From the NCBI RefSeq assembly GCF_009914755.1, contig NC_060929.1: a stretch of DNA of 64,000 nucleotides, one strand, 5' to 3'. The notes beneath the pieces were generated by a model. The model ran no database searches and was not told the origin of the DNA. It saw nothing but the letters and a program-made list of their open reading frames with translations. Source of the stretch: the human T2T-CHM13v2.0 reference genome, Homo sapiens. This document shows positions 45,564-59,860 of this stretch, in pieces. The position numbers and the translations under genes were made by a program. How positions within the stretch are numbered: the first letter of the stretch is position 1; the number at the start of each line of letters is the position of its first letter.

Positions 45564-48208
45564 TGTATTAGTTTCCTGTCATTGCTATTAAAATTACCAC
45601 AAATTAAGTGGCTTAAAAAAACACAAATGTATTATCTTGCAGTTCTGGAAGTCAGAAGCCCAAAATTATTTTCACTGTGCTAAAATCAAGGTGTCCTCAA
45701 CAAACTAGATGTTGAAGGAAGATACGTCAAAATAATAAGAGCTGTCTATAACAAACCCAAAGGAAACATACTGAATGGGTAAAAGCTAGAAGCATTGCCC
45801 TTAAGAACAGGAACAAGACAAGATGTCCATTCTCACCACTCCTCTTCAACACATTACTGGAAATCCTAGCCAGAGTAATCAAGCAAGAGAAATAAATAAC
45901 AGGTATACAAATAGGAAAAGAAGTAAAATTATCTCTCTTTGCTGATGATATGATTCTATACATAGAACGTCCTAGACTCCTCCAAACGGCTCCTAGACCT
46001 GATAAATGATTTCAGTAAAATTTCAGAATACAAAATCAATGTACAAAAATCAATAGCATTGCTATACACCAATGAGATTCAGGCTGAGAGTCATATAAAA
46101 AGTGAAATCCTATTTACAACAGCCACAAAAAATTGAAATACCCAGGAATACATCTAATCAAGGAAATGAAAAGTCTCTATAAGGAAAATTACAAAACACT
46201 GCTGAAAGAAGTCAGACACGACACAAACAAATGGAAAAACATTCCATGCTCATGGATTGGGAGTAGTCATATCATTAAAATGACCATACTGCCCAAAGCA
46301 ACCTACAGATTTAACACTATTTCTATCAAACTACTGATATCGTTTTTCACAAAATTAGGAAAAAAAAACTACTCTAAAATTCAGATGGAACCCAAAAAAC
46401 AAAAGAGCCCAGATAGTCAAAGCAATCTTAAGCAAAAATAACAAAGCCAGAGGCATCATATACTATAAGACTACAGTAACCAAAACAACATGATACTGGT
46501 ACAAAAACAGACAGGTAGACTGGTGGAACAAAATAGAGATCTCGGAAACAAAGGTATACAGCCACACCATCTGATCTTTGACAAAATTGACAAAAATAAG
46601 CAATGGGGTAACAACTCCCTATTCAATAAATAGTGCTAGAATAACTGGCTAGCCATATTCAGAAGAATGAAACTGGACCACTAACTTTCCCTATATGCAA
46701 AAATTAACTCAAGATGAATTAAAGATTTAAACGTAAAACCTAAAATTATAAAATCTTAGAAGAAAACCCAGAAAATACCATTCTGGACATTGGCTTTGGC
46801 AAAGAATTGACGACTAAGTCCTCGAAAGCAATTAATACCAAAAAAAAATTAACAAACGGGAAATTTGTCAGTTAAACTAAGGAGCTTCTGTGCAGCAAAA
46901 CAAACAAACAAATAAAAAACAAAAAAAGAAACTATCAACAGAGAAAACAGACACTCTGCAGAATGGGAGAAAATATTTGCAAACTATGCATCTGACAAAA
47001 GTCTAATATCCAGAATCCATAAGAAATGTAAACAGCTCAACAAGTGAAAAAGAGGGCAAAGGGCATGAACAAACATTTCCCAAGAGAAGTAATATAAGTG
47101 GCCAACAAATTTATGAAAAAAATATTCAACATCACTAATCAGAGAAATGCAAATCAAAACCATAATGAGATACCATCTCACCCTAGTCAGAAGGGATAGT
47201 ATTAAAAAGTCAAGAAATTTCAGATGCTGGTGAGGCTATGGAAGAAAGAGAAAGTTTATACACTGTTGGTGGGAATGTAAATTAGTTCTGTCACTATGGA
47301 AAGCAGTTTGGAGATTTCTCAAAGAACTAAAAGTAGAACTACCATTCAACTCAGCAATCCCATTACTGGGTTATATATCCAAGGAAAATAAATAATTTTA
47401 CAAAAAAAGACAGATGCAAAAAAAGACACATGATAACAGCCCTATTCACAATAGCAAAGACATGAAATCAACCTAGGTGTCCAACAGTGGTGGATGGGAT
47501 AAAGAAAATGTGGTACATACACATCATGGAATACTATGCAGCCATAAAAAGTAATAAAATCATACCTTTCGGAGCATAATGAATGCAGCTAGAGGCCATC
47601 ATCTTAGATGAACTAACACAGGAATGGAAAGCCAATACTGCATGTTCTCACTTACAAGTGGGAGCTAAACATTGGGTGCATATAAACAGAAAGTTGGGAA
47701 CAACAGACTCTGGGGACTAACAGAGCGGGTAGAGGGGGAGAAGGGCAACCTACAGATTAAAAAACCTGCACATGTACCACTTCAATCTAAAATAAAAGTT
47801 GAAATGATGAAACATAAAAACAAAAAACATATAAATATAAATAAATAAGGTGTCAATAGGGCTTTACTTTCTCAAGGCTCTGGGAAGAATCTATTTTCTT
47901 GCCTTTTCCAGCTCCTAAAGGCCACCTACATTCCTTGAAAGGTAGACCCCTCCTCATTTTCAAAGCACAAAGCTTCTGTCTCTGGTTTTGTTCTTTTCAT
48001 CTTCTTTCTCTAACTTTGATCTTCCTGCCTCCCTCTTATAATGATCCCTGTAAGTACATTGAGCCCACCAGATAACTCAGGATAATCTCCATCTCAAAAT
48101 CCTTAATAACATATGTAAAGTTCCTCTTATGACATAAAGTAATATAGCTTCAGTTTCTAGGAATAAGGATTTCGGTATCTTTGGAAGCTCATTATTTAGC
48201 TTTCCACA
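45564..48208 (-). mobile_element. MLT1C-like LTR split by an L1 (pieces 45564-45695 and 47847-48208)
   Basis: tgtattagtttcctg...cagttctggaagtcagaag...aaggtgtc, then the L1, then aaggtgtc...ttgccttttccagctcc...ccaca. Confidence 0.8.
45696..47846 (+). mobile_element. 5'-truncated L1PA15/16-like LINE-1 (3' part of ORF2 plus 3'UTR)
   Basis: ORF2 text KYPGIHL...LYKENYKTLLKE...WKNIPCSWIG, then 3'UTR and A-rich tail. TSD core aaggtgtc at 45688-45695 and 47847-47854. Confidence 0.92.
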
Positions 48209-48699
48209 GCATGACTGAAAAAAAATCCATAAAATTTCATGAACATCTTGCATTTTATTCTATACCAGAGTTAAAAACTTTTGCCTTATAAGGACTTTTC
48301 TACTAATACCTCTTTGACCTCAACTTCTCTTGTTGTCTTTTTTTGATAATACTGCCAATATGCACCCAAGTTTTACTACGTTCTCATTTTTTGCATACCA
48401 TGTATCACCTTCTAGCTTATTATTTGATTCACTTATATATTATCCTTATTAATTATTACGTATCTGCCCAGCCCTCATCCACTTCAACTCCCACTGAAAT
48501 GGAAGCCCTCCAGTAATACAGGTCTTAGTTTTAATCACTGATTTATCTCCAAGTTCCTCAGAAGGATTCCATTACTTAATAGATACTCAATAAACACTTC
48601 TCAAATCAATACAATGAACAAGGTAATCTGTAGAATAAAACTTAGAGCTGTAATAGGCATTGCTCTGCCCTGAATACTTTATTTGTTACATGAATATGG

Positions 48700-49113
48700 T
48701 ATTTTAGTTTTCTTGGGCTGCACAACAAAATACCATAGACAGGTTGGCTTAAACAACAGAGATTTATTTTCTCACAGTTCTAGAGTCTGGAAGTCTGAGA
48801 TCAGGATGGAAGCATGGTCAGTCCCTGGTAAGGGACCTCTTCTTGGCCTCCACATGGCTCCAGAGCTCTCTCCTCTTTTCATACACAGCCTCTACATGGG
48901 TTTTTTCTCGTTTGTGTATGCAAAGAGAAAGAGAGAGCTCTGGTTTATTTTTCTTATAAATCCATCAATTCTGTTGGATCAGGGTTCTACCATTATGGCC
49001 TCATTTAACTTTAATAACTTCATTTAACTTTAATTACTCCAAATGAAGTTGCATAGGTTGTTAGGGCTTTAAGATATGAATTGTGGGATTATATAACCAT
49101 TCAATCTATAACA
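48700..49113 (-). mobile_element. MLT1A-like MaLR solo LTR
   Basis: aaaataccatagac...ggcttaaacaacagagatttattttctcacagttctagag...ctataaca. TSD tatgg at 48695-48699 and 49114-49118. Confidence 0.85.
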
Positions 49114-50091
49114 TATGGAATGTTAAATATGTTTACAGGAAAAATGTATGAGTGCCTCATATTAATTGTACCATCTAACAAAATCAAGCTTTACAATGGA
49201 AGTTGGATAATTTTATTTTAAATATGAATGTTGCTCAGAAGAGAGTAAAAGGGGGAGGGTAAATCCCAAAACTATTAATAATTACAGACATCTCAGCAAG
49301 AATTTTAGCGACCACAACAGCTTATAGGATCCTTATAAGAGAAACTTGTACTTGAATAATCAATTGACATTCTTTGAAGGGTAAATATGCTTGAATAATG
49401 AGGAAAATAGAGAATACAATCTTTTTAAATGTTTAAAAATCCTTGCACAAGTTTCTATAGCTACACATAATGAAAAATTTATAGTAACTGTAAAATTGAA
49501 GGTGACTAACTTCTCATAGATGGCAGGCTAGCTGAGAGACAAGAAACAAAGTTGAAAAATTATTTGGCAAATCTGATTCAACATTGTAAAGAATTATTTA
49601 GACGATGGAGTAAATATCGAACAGGGAAAACAAGAATAAACATGAGAAACATATTTTGAAATATTGAGTTTTATAAGTTTTAATACAAAAATGCAACTAA
49701 CAAAGTTAATTAAAATAATGTGTATTTTATTTATATAAACCTGAGTCAAAGATTAGAATGCAGTATTTCCAAATCCAGTATAATTGTGAAGTTGGTGTTT
49801 AGCACTCTCCACTTTATAGCCTTATTAAATTGCAGCAAGAAGAGATGTAAAATAAAATGAAAACATACATTTTTATATAATAACATATTCTGAATAGACA
49901 TGTCAAATGGGCTAGTGTAAAATTTGGGATGTAGAAAATGCATGCATTTATATAAGTGTGGGAAGTGCATGCATTTATAAAAGTGTATACTGGCTCATTT
50001 TGTGCTGCTTGGCTGTGAGAAAATTAGTGTGTTAGAACTATTTTTGTTGCAAGTGATAGAAACAAATCAAATCAGTTTAAGTAACAATTTA

Positions 50092-50386
50092 GGCCAGGCA
50101 TGGAGGCTCATGCCTCTAATCGCAGCACTTTGGGATGCTAAGGCAGGCGGATCACCTGAGGTCAGGAGTCGAGACCATCTTGGCCAACATGGTGAAATCC
50201 TATCTCTACTAAAAATACAAAAAAATTAGCTGGGCGTGTTGGTCCCAGCTACTTAGGAGGCTGAGGCTGGAGAATAGCTTGAACCCGGGAAGTGGACATT
50301 GCAGTGAACTGAGATCCTGCCACTGTACTCCAGCCTGGGTGACAGAGTGAGACTGCGTCTCAAAAGAAATTAAATAAAATAAAATT
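50092..50386 (+). mobile_element. AluSx-like SINE with a small right-arm deletion
   Basis: ggatcacctgaggtcaggag. About 15 nt are missing at ggcgtgttggtcccagc. Confidence 0.93.
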
Positions 50387-51160
50387 CAAAAGCAAATGTA
50401 TTACCTTATGTAACTAGGAATCCAGGAGATTCCTCTTTCTTTGTTGATTAGACAGTGCACTTTCATGTGGCAGGAAATATACTTTCATCAGCCTACTAGA
50501 AAAGGCCAGTAAAATGCTGCATGGTAACTCATGATAGACATGCACTGGATCATGGGGACATCACTGAACCACTGAACCACTCACCTAGCCAAGGGGATGG
50601 TTACTATACTTATGTGGACCCAAGGCTTCTACCCATATACCTGACTTTGTGGAGAGAGACCAAACCCACTCAAACTATATCTAATTATTCCCTCTGGGAA
50701 AAAGGTATCCTTTATTACCAAAATAAAGGGTGGATAACGGGTACGTTTGAGATTTTTTTTAATGAAGCAATAAAACAAACAGCTAATCACAGGAATTAAT
50801 TTTCAATAAGGTAAAAGTAGAATGACATTATAAGACCTGCTCATTGTTTTGTGATTGGCAGGCAGTTTTGAAGTAGAAGCATGCCTTGAACACTTTAATG
50901 GATACCCTCCAGAAGGGAAATATGGTTTAAAGCTTCTAATCTAAGAGAAAGGGGCCTTAGAGACAGATGATTTTAGGTACTGTTTCCTCCGCAACCATGA
51001 ATAACCTAGAATGGCAGGAAATGCCTTCTTTGTAGATGTGTCCCATGACTTTCTTTCCAGCGATCAGCTTATATATCACCCTTAAAAAAGTGATAATTTT
51101 TGACAACCCTAAACCCTTCCTGTTTTTGTTTAATATATTTTGTACTATTTCTTTTAACAA

Positions 51161-51164
51161 TCTG

Positions 51165-51239
<75 letters not shown>
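51161..51239. repeat. Compound (TC)n(TA)n microsatellite
   Basis: Read directly from the sequence. Confidence 0.95.
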
Positions 51240-51777
51240 GAGTCTTTGATTACAGACTGCCTTCATAAAAAAATAAACAACATGCCTGAAGAATGGTAGA
51301 GGAAGACAACTGGATGATATTGATCAGACAGCCCAACCGTTAAAGTGCAGAGTACCTCAAAACTTCAAAAATGGTCTTCATTGAGAGCAGCTCTTTCTTG
51401 TATATTGAGTACACTTTTGATTTCGTGTGAGGGTTACGGCTTGGCCAGTCTTTAAAGGCAGCACAGATTTATTTTTTATAGGTACCTGGTGTTGCAGCTA
51501 TACTTCAGAGTAACTTAGAGGTACATTTCTTAATAGTGAGTCCTGTGTGCACATCAGCTGAGCTGATATCACAACTCTTTTCCTTGTTGGGGAGGAATTC
51601 TCAGAAGCCCAAGTACATAATTCTTATAGTGCTCTCCTTATAATAAAGGTTTACTTAAGTTTTGTTTACCACATGAATGATGTACTGGAAATAACACTCT
51701 GTTGACTTGGGACATAATTATATTCTTGACAGTTTCTAGAAACAGTCACTATGTGAGGTAGACACCCCTCATATTGA

Positions 51778-52112
<335 letters not shown>

Positions 52113-54819
52113 ACAAACTTACTTTTTATATAAATATCAGTTTATCTAGACTTATTTAAAGTTAACAGTAAAGCAATTTACTTAGGACCGTATGGATTAG
52201 TATTTCAAGTGAAGTCAATTTTGGAAAGTATATTAAAATGAAAACCAGGTCCAAAAGCTAGGTACACAATTTCTCTAAAAGATAATGCAGAGAACATTTT
52301 ACAGACCCACCTGCAGAACAGAGAGAGAAAGGGAAGGAGGAAATGGAAAGAAAGAGAGCGAGAAAGAGAGACATACACACACACATTCTATGGTCCCACT
52401 AAAGACCTATTGAATTAGACTACCTGGGAATGATATATGAAATACCTAATTTATAAAACTTTCGAGTTATTATAATGTAGCCAGGTAGCCAGTTTGGTTG
52501 TTATCCATGAATCCATGTTCATGTATTAGTGATAAAGATATACATCCATTAAAGTTGACATTGAACATGACAATGAAATAATGTAAAGATCAAAAGAAAT
52601 TACCCAGGATTAAAAGTGCTCTCAAACCTGTCATCCTCTTATCCCTCCCACAGAGCACATTAAGGCTTGCCTGGCAGTATCACCCCTCCAAACATCCAGC
52701 TTGATTGAGATTACAGCTGTTTATGGTAATACAGATAGGAGGTAAATTGTCATGGTTATCAGTGATAAATAACTATTGATTTAAGGTTGTTGCAGTAGTT
52801 GACAAAAGTGACTTTATTTCATTTGGATGGAGAAAATTTTATGGAAGTAGAATAATTCAAACACAAGTAAAGCAGATTTATGTCATTAACTTATTTATTA
52901 TTTGTATTTATATGTGAATTATCACTTCAATCCATTATGTTTGTTATTATAAAATACTACCAAGAAATAAGTTTACTATTCTTGAGCTCTAAGCTTCCTG
53001 AAGGGCAGCATTTCACTGATTACTAAAAGTGTCTGCCCAGCATTCTAGCACCTGTACCTATACCTACTTAACCTTGGTCACTAACCACCAACCCACAGCT
53101 GGAGTTTCTAGGACTTGGCTAAAAACAGCTACAACAAAAACATGAAGAATAATGCCAACAACAATTTTTATTTATGAAATAAATGGTATTTGATGGTAGA
53201 GATTTGAATTTTGAAGTCCACAAAATTTTCAGAATATATTCAAATTGTTGAAAATCTACTCTACAGTAATCATCTTGCATGAAATAGCCCTATGCTAGGT
53301 GACAATTTTCACTATGGAATTATAATAATATTTATCATAAAATATTGACATTTATGATAAATATAAGTTGGGGACCTACTTTATATCAACTCCTCTCTAA
53401 GAAGGGACATTAAACTAGAGCTCTCATACACAGGAGAGAATTAGAAAAGAATATTTTACGTAGATGAAAAAGGAGGAGTGTATCAGTCAGAATTGCTATT
53501 GGGTACGAGTACTAAAATACTTAAATACTTATACTATAAATGCAAGTCTATCTTTTTCTTAGATACTAGTTTTTAAGTAGGAATTAGTTGGCATATGTTC
53601 TTCATATAGATTGATCCAAAAACTGCGTGAAACTTATGTATGTTAGATTCTGTCTTTTCCTCATGGTGATCACTATCATTTTCCATACCTCAAGCATAAC
53701 AGCGGGCTGAGGGAAGGAAAGTCATAGTATCTTTGTCTCTTTTATGTGTACATGGCTCCAGCAGACTTGTACTTCCATGCTTTTGATTAGTATTCTGTCA
53801 CATGTTAACTCATAACCACAAAGATGGCTACGAAAACAAACATTCAACTTTTCTAGTTCATGGGGTGGAAACAACAAGGAAACCTATAATCTAGGTCATG
53901 AAATATACAACCTTCAAGTAGGTGTATATGGCATAAAAGATACTAATTCAGTTCCTGCTGTTCCCAAAAGACTACGAAGAATGATAGTGTGAGGGAGGAA
54001 ATTATGCAATCTGATAACAGGGCCCAATATGATAAAAGTACTTTAGATATATTTGGATATACAAGGAGAAAATGATAACTTTAACCTAGTGGCTTTCTTC
54101 CTTGGACCTTGGAAGACTCAGGCTTAGAAGAATTTGAACATAGATTTGCTTTATGTCCCAGGTAACGCAATAGATTTTGCATAACACCAATGGCAGGAGG
54201 CAGGTAGAAAGAAAAAAAAATGAGGACCCTCAGTGTCTTACTCAGAATACTATGAATGTTCTGCATGATTCAGTGTAAGGACACAGACATACTGAGCATG
54301 CTAGTGAAACTAAATGCCTACAGGAAAAAGCAAATGCCACAGTCAGGAACATTGAGACCAGGTACACATGGTCTCACATTGTACAGAACACATGGTCTAG
54401 TAATGAGACCAGTTACAGCTGAGCAAACACCAGTAGCTGAGATGAGCTAAAATGCAAGAGTGTAGAATGATATGGTTCCCTCTCCCATCTCTTCTTAAAG
54501 ATAAAGTAAGCTTGTCCCTTTTCCCCATATTCAGGTACCACTTTAGTGAAAAAGAAGAGAAGGTTAAAGATCTGCTATATTAAACCATCCAAAGAAACCT
54601 AAACCAACTCTGATAGGAAGTTGAGATGTGAATTGACAAAAGCTTTAGATTGAGAGGAAGCTTTTTACATCTTAAGGAAAGGGTAAAATTAATTGGAAAA
54701 AAAGCTTGTGTATTAGCCACCTCAGATGCTAAGAACTTAAGAAAAAAAATCACATCAGTTAGAGACAAAGAAACTATGTTTTCCCTACCCATCTAAGTAT
54801 AGGGTAAATAAATCTGTGA

Positions 54820-55745
54820 CTCTGCTACTCCTCAAATATCTTATTTTCTTTTGTTTATTCAAGTCCTTCTCTCTTTTCATTCAGATCAGCATAATGATAT
54901 GTCCTATTAACTCCAACAATTTTATACTATATTGCATTTTTGCCCAACATCCCTGTCACCCACTTCATAGTAAAGCTGCTCGAAAGTATCTCTGTACCTT
55001 ATGGATCCACCACTTCACTTCCCATTTGCTCTTCAAACCACTCCACCAATCTAGCCTATCTTCCTCTCCAGCACTTCCCCATAATTGCTCTTATTAACGT
55101 CACAAAAACCTCATATCCCCAAATCCATAGGAGCCTTCACTTCTATCAGTTTAGTTGATTGAGAGAGAGAATTTGACCCAGTTGGCCACTCATTTGTTCT
55201 TGAAATTTTCTCTTCACTGAGTTTCCTTTACAATGTACTTCCTCACATGACTGATTGTTGTAAGCGCATTCCCAAAACCTAACCACTATATGTGGAATAG
55301 CTTAGGGAGCCTTGCTACTTTCTCCTTTCTGTATTCTCCTTCACCCATTCTAGTGGTATTAAGTCTCGACGCTAGAGTGATGAATCCAAAATGCTGTCTA
55401 CACTTCTACAAATTCCTATTTGGTTGAATGACTATTGGATGTGCCCTTCTCCACATTTCTAAGCACGTGCTCTTAGTTCTAACCCCAGACTATATACTCT
55501 ACTGCTCTAGGTCTTGCCATATCCACTGAACCATGTTCTGTCAGACAATATTTATCTTTTTCCTGAAATTCTCAAATTGCCACCTAACTCCTCTGCCTTT
55601 TTGCACTATTATTCATCAGTAATTAATTTCCCAAATAGCAGCAGAATACATAAATATATATATGCACACACATATATAAGGAAATCTGATCATATCATCT
55701 ATCTCCTCAAAATTCTTTGGTGGTTTCCCTTTATAAGCCTACACA
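54820..55745 (+). mobile_element. Degraded L2 LINE
   Basis: Pyrimidine-rich L2 ORF2/3' text (gaatttgacccagttggccactcatttgttcttgaaattttctcttcactgag; aaatctgatcatatcatc). Boundaries approximate. Confidence 0.6.
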
Positions 55746-55755
55746 GCCCTGATTC

Positions 55756-56102
55756 TATTGTAGGACTTTCTCCTTAGTTCAGCTAGAAACTGGGTTCTCA
55801 TCACACGACCAGGAAAGATTAGGCTCATAGACACTTTGAAGGGCGAGGGGGATGGAATTTATTGGGCAAAAAATGAAAAAGGAAAAACAGCACAGCAAAA
55901 TGAGATGGGGTCCTGCTAACAGGCTCTCTACCTCACAGATTGAATCCCAGGATCCCACACAGGAACAGGAGGGGCCAGGCTCCTTCCCCAGGCAAAGGGC
56001 ACCAACTTCAGTGGCTCTCCTCTGTTCTCCCAATGTGCAGGTCAGAGGTTCTCCAGGCCAGTAGGAGGTTCTTTGGGGATCCCTTTATACTTGGGTGTCT
56101 CA
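55756..56102 (-). mobile_element. MER61(A)-like ERV1 solo LTR
   Basis: Minus strand TGAGACACCCAAGTATAAAGGGATCCCC...AGCTGAACTAAGGAGAAAGTCCTACAATA. 4-bp TSD attc at 55752-55755 and 56103-56106. Confidence 0.85.
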
Positions 56103-56509
56103 ATTCCACCTTCCCCTAAGAAGGTCTGTCATAAACTACTTCTCTTTGCCTAACCCAGAATATCAATGCACTAGAAAAAAAAGATAAACTAATATTTTTC
56201 AACAATAACATGTATTTAAAGTTCTATTAATAAAGAACTATAAGACAAAAATGATCTATTGTTGGTTTTAGAAGATATTTTTACCTCAACATGTTTCCTA
56301 CTTACCATTTTAAAAATCAAGAATAAGAAAAAAAATTTAAAAAGATGACACGAGCCTGACATATAAAAATAGTAAAACAAACAAGGGTAAAAAATAATTT
56401 TAATTCCAGGCTAGGTAACAGGTTAAAAAAATTTTTTAAAGCTACAACGATAAATTATAATAAAAACATGACAACATAATTTTGTAATTTAACCCCATTT
56501 TATAAATGA

Positions 56510-56760
56510 AATTTATTATTGAATGTTTACTAAGGGCTACTTGAATTATTCTAAGGGCCAAGTTATTTTTATATGTGTCATCCAATTTAATCTTCACAAC
56601 AATACTATTAAAATGTGCACTCTATTTATCATCATTTTACAAGTTAGGTAACTGAAGTAGAGGGTTCAATAAACTTCCCAAGTTTTTCAGCCAGTAAGTG
56701 GTGGAGTGGGGTTTCAAACCAACACAGATTAGATCCTGGAAATACACTTAATTATTTTTC
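56510..56760 (-). mobile_element. MIR SINE
   Basis: atttattattgaatgtttacta...tttaatcttcacaacaa...cattttacaagttaggtaactgaag...cagccagtaagtggtggag. Confidence 0.8.
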
Positions 56761-58529
56761 AAATTTATTATATATATTGATTTCAGGATTATATTTTCTG
56801 TTAATTTGCAGTCTTTGTTTTATATAGTATTAGATTATTTTTATAATTTAAATACATATCTTCCCTTTTTAAAAACTGTTGTATGCCACATTTTTAACTT
56901 TCTTATATCATATTATCTAGTAATTTATACAGTAAAGAAAACTCTCAGAATTGCTTAAGCAAGAGAGGCATTCATAAAATAAGTTGAAGTAAGTAGTCTA
57001 GGACTTATGAGAAGTTTCATGTTTATTCAGAGACTTAAACTCCTTTCCTCTTTCTGATCCAACATCCTGGAGCACAGGGGTCAACTCACTATGAAAAATA
57101 GCTACCCAATCATGGGTTCTAAATTTCAGGAAGGAGAACGGGTGGAGGGCAAAATATAGTTCTCACTGAAAAATTTTTCACATACTATCATCTCATTGCC
57201 CACAAATCAGGCTGGGAAATCTAGATATTTAAATAAGTAGTTTGTCACCAAAATATAATACAACTTATATAGTCCAAAAGGTTCTGTAAGTAGGAAGAGC
57301 GAATAAATAATCAGGAGAAAATTAATTGCAGAGACACTGTCAATGCATCAAGTTCTATGGTCATTTAAAAATTCTCCTGCTTATCAGCTGAGTTAATATT
57401 TATTGTTGGAGAAAGTAGTTGGTTTTCTAATGTAATAAAAATAATGTTGAATATCAGTTATACAATCTTAATTTCTTGAAATATAATACACAATCTACCT
57501 GTTAATACATAACTTTTATGTTCCAATATCTTAAGGGCATTATTAGAGAAATATTATTCTACAAAGTAAAATATCTTCAATGAGGCAGTAGATTCTCTAA
57601 AATGTAATTTTGACTCTTTGGAAACTATATAGCTTGCTTTTTTCCCCTCTTTTTCTCTCTTATGAATGATCCTTAAGGAAGAACTATAGCCATAATTTCA
57701 ACTAAAGACATATTAATACTTCATGATAGTTTAATCATTAATTATACCCAACACCTCCTTGAAACACACAAAACAATTCTACTTTTATAAATGAGAGCCT
57801 GAGGCAAAGTAAGGGCCCATTCTTTGTTGGAGAATTTACTCCATTATTATTAATCCCGACAATGTTCTTGTTAGTAGATGAACTGCATAAGAGACTTTCT
57901 TATTACCCTAAATTCCATTAAAGTATTTTAATGCTTCATTAAAGCTGACGGATGGTACACACCTTTGATTATTCAGGTGCTGATTAGTTGTAAAAAACAC
58001 TTACACCACCAAAGTGTCAGCTAAATAGAGTTCACATCTTACGATATGTTAAGGCTGTGCCTGCAAGGAATAGATAAAGGCAGTCTTAGGAGCTCTCCTG
58101 GGCATTATTTAAGAATCATTTTTATCATCATATTTTGTTTTAGTATTTCCATTAATGTGTGCAAATTTAAACGAGGGAAACTATAAAAAGGCAGTTCTTT
58201 AAACTTGTAAAATGTGTGAAAAATAAAAAATGAAAAACAATGAAACAAAGAATTATTTTTTTTTATTGCAAGCATTTTAAAATACACAGTTGGCAAGTCT
58301 CTACTTAAAGCAACTATTTTATCATTAAGAAGTAATGTTCTTTCTTCTTTTTATGTTTAATGGCAACATGACCAAAATAAAATAGAGGTGAGAAAAAAAC
58401 ATGATTACAAAATTGAGTTTATAACATCAAAACTTATTTCTAACATTAGAATTTTCCCTATTCTGATGATTTGGGACTCCATAGCAACCAGCAATCAATT
58501 AATGATATACAATTAAAAATCAGTATCTA

Positions 58530-58850
<321 letters not shown>

Positions 58851-59431
58851 TCAGTATCTATCTGTAGCTCCAATGTGCAATGGTTTCCTTACTGTTTTCT
58901 CTTTTGAAATAAACATATGGTTTCTTTTCCTTTGTTGCACTTTATTTGTTCAGCAATTCAAATATTGATTGTTTTTTCTTCAATACTTATTGTATAACTT
59001 TTAATGATCACATTATAGGTATTACGTATTTTAAACAGATTCATGCATTTGGAAAAGGGTATATTCACACAATACTCTATGTCAGAATGGCTCTAACATG
59101 CCTCACAGTCATCCAGGATTCTAAGAATTTCCTCTCTTTTTGATCTCAAGGAAAGCTTGATCTCTCTGCAGTATTCCTAAAGTTTGCTTCTTCGGGTGGT
59201 TTATGAAATTTGCTCATTTAGAGCATCTTTGTATATGTTAATGCATTGGGAGCTGACTTAAATAAATTGTACATGACAATTTCCATGAATGGTTGCAGCT
59301 CAAATAGTCCTTCATTGCTTTGGAACTCATCAAAGAAGAGATGTCATCAAGTCATACATTTCTCTGGAGGATTTAATTAATGCCCTTTTATTATTCTATA
59401 AGCATAATATCCTGTATTTGGAGAGAGCAGT

Positions 59432-59618
59432 TTTTTTTTTTAATTTCAGCTTTTATTTTAGATATACAGAGTACATGTATAGGATTGTTACACTGGTAAA
59501 TTGGACCCATTTAGTTAGAATAGTATCCAAGAAGTAGTTTTTCAACCCACAAATCGTTGCTCCCCTTCCCCTACTTAGTAGTCCTCAGTGTCTAATGTGT
59601 TACCATATTAATGTTCAT
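59432..59618 (-). mobile_element. L1PA15/16-like 3' end fragment
   Basis: T-tail, then ttttattttagatatacagagtacatgtatagg...agtagtcctcagtgtcta. Confidence 0.75.
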
Positions 59619-59624
59619 CAGGAA

Positions 59625-59860
59625 GGATTAGTACATAAAAGTGTGAGCTCTAGATCCAGATTGCCTGTGTCTGAAACTCAGCTACAGGCAAATTCGTTGT
59701 GTAAAACTTCATAAATTATGAAACGAGGATAAATACAATGCCAGTCTTCATAGCACTTTTGTGGAGATTAAATTAGATAATACATATAAAATACTTAGCA
59801 GACTACCTGGTCCTTAATAAATAATCAGCAAGTATTAACTATTATTGCTATTATTGTTAT
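59625..59860 (+). mobile_element. MIR SINE
   Basis: gagctctagatccagattgcctg...gagattaaattagataatacatataaaatacttagcaga. Confidence 0.75.

Noticed and set aside
55756-56102. p53 response element in the MER61 LTR
   Set aside because: Some MER61 subfamilies carry p53 sites, but I see no paired RRRCWWGYYY in this copy.
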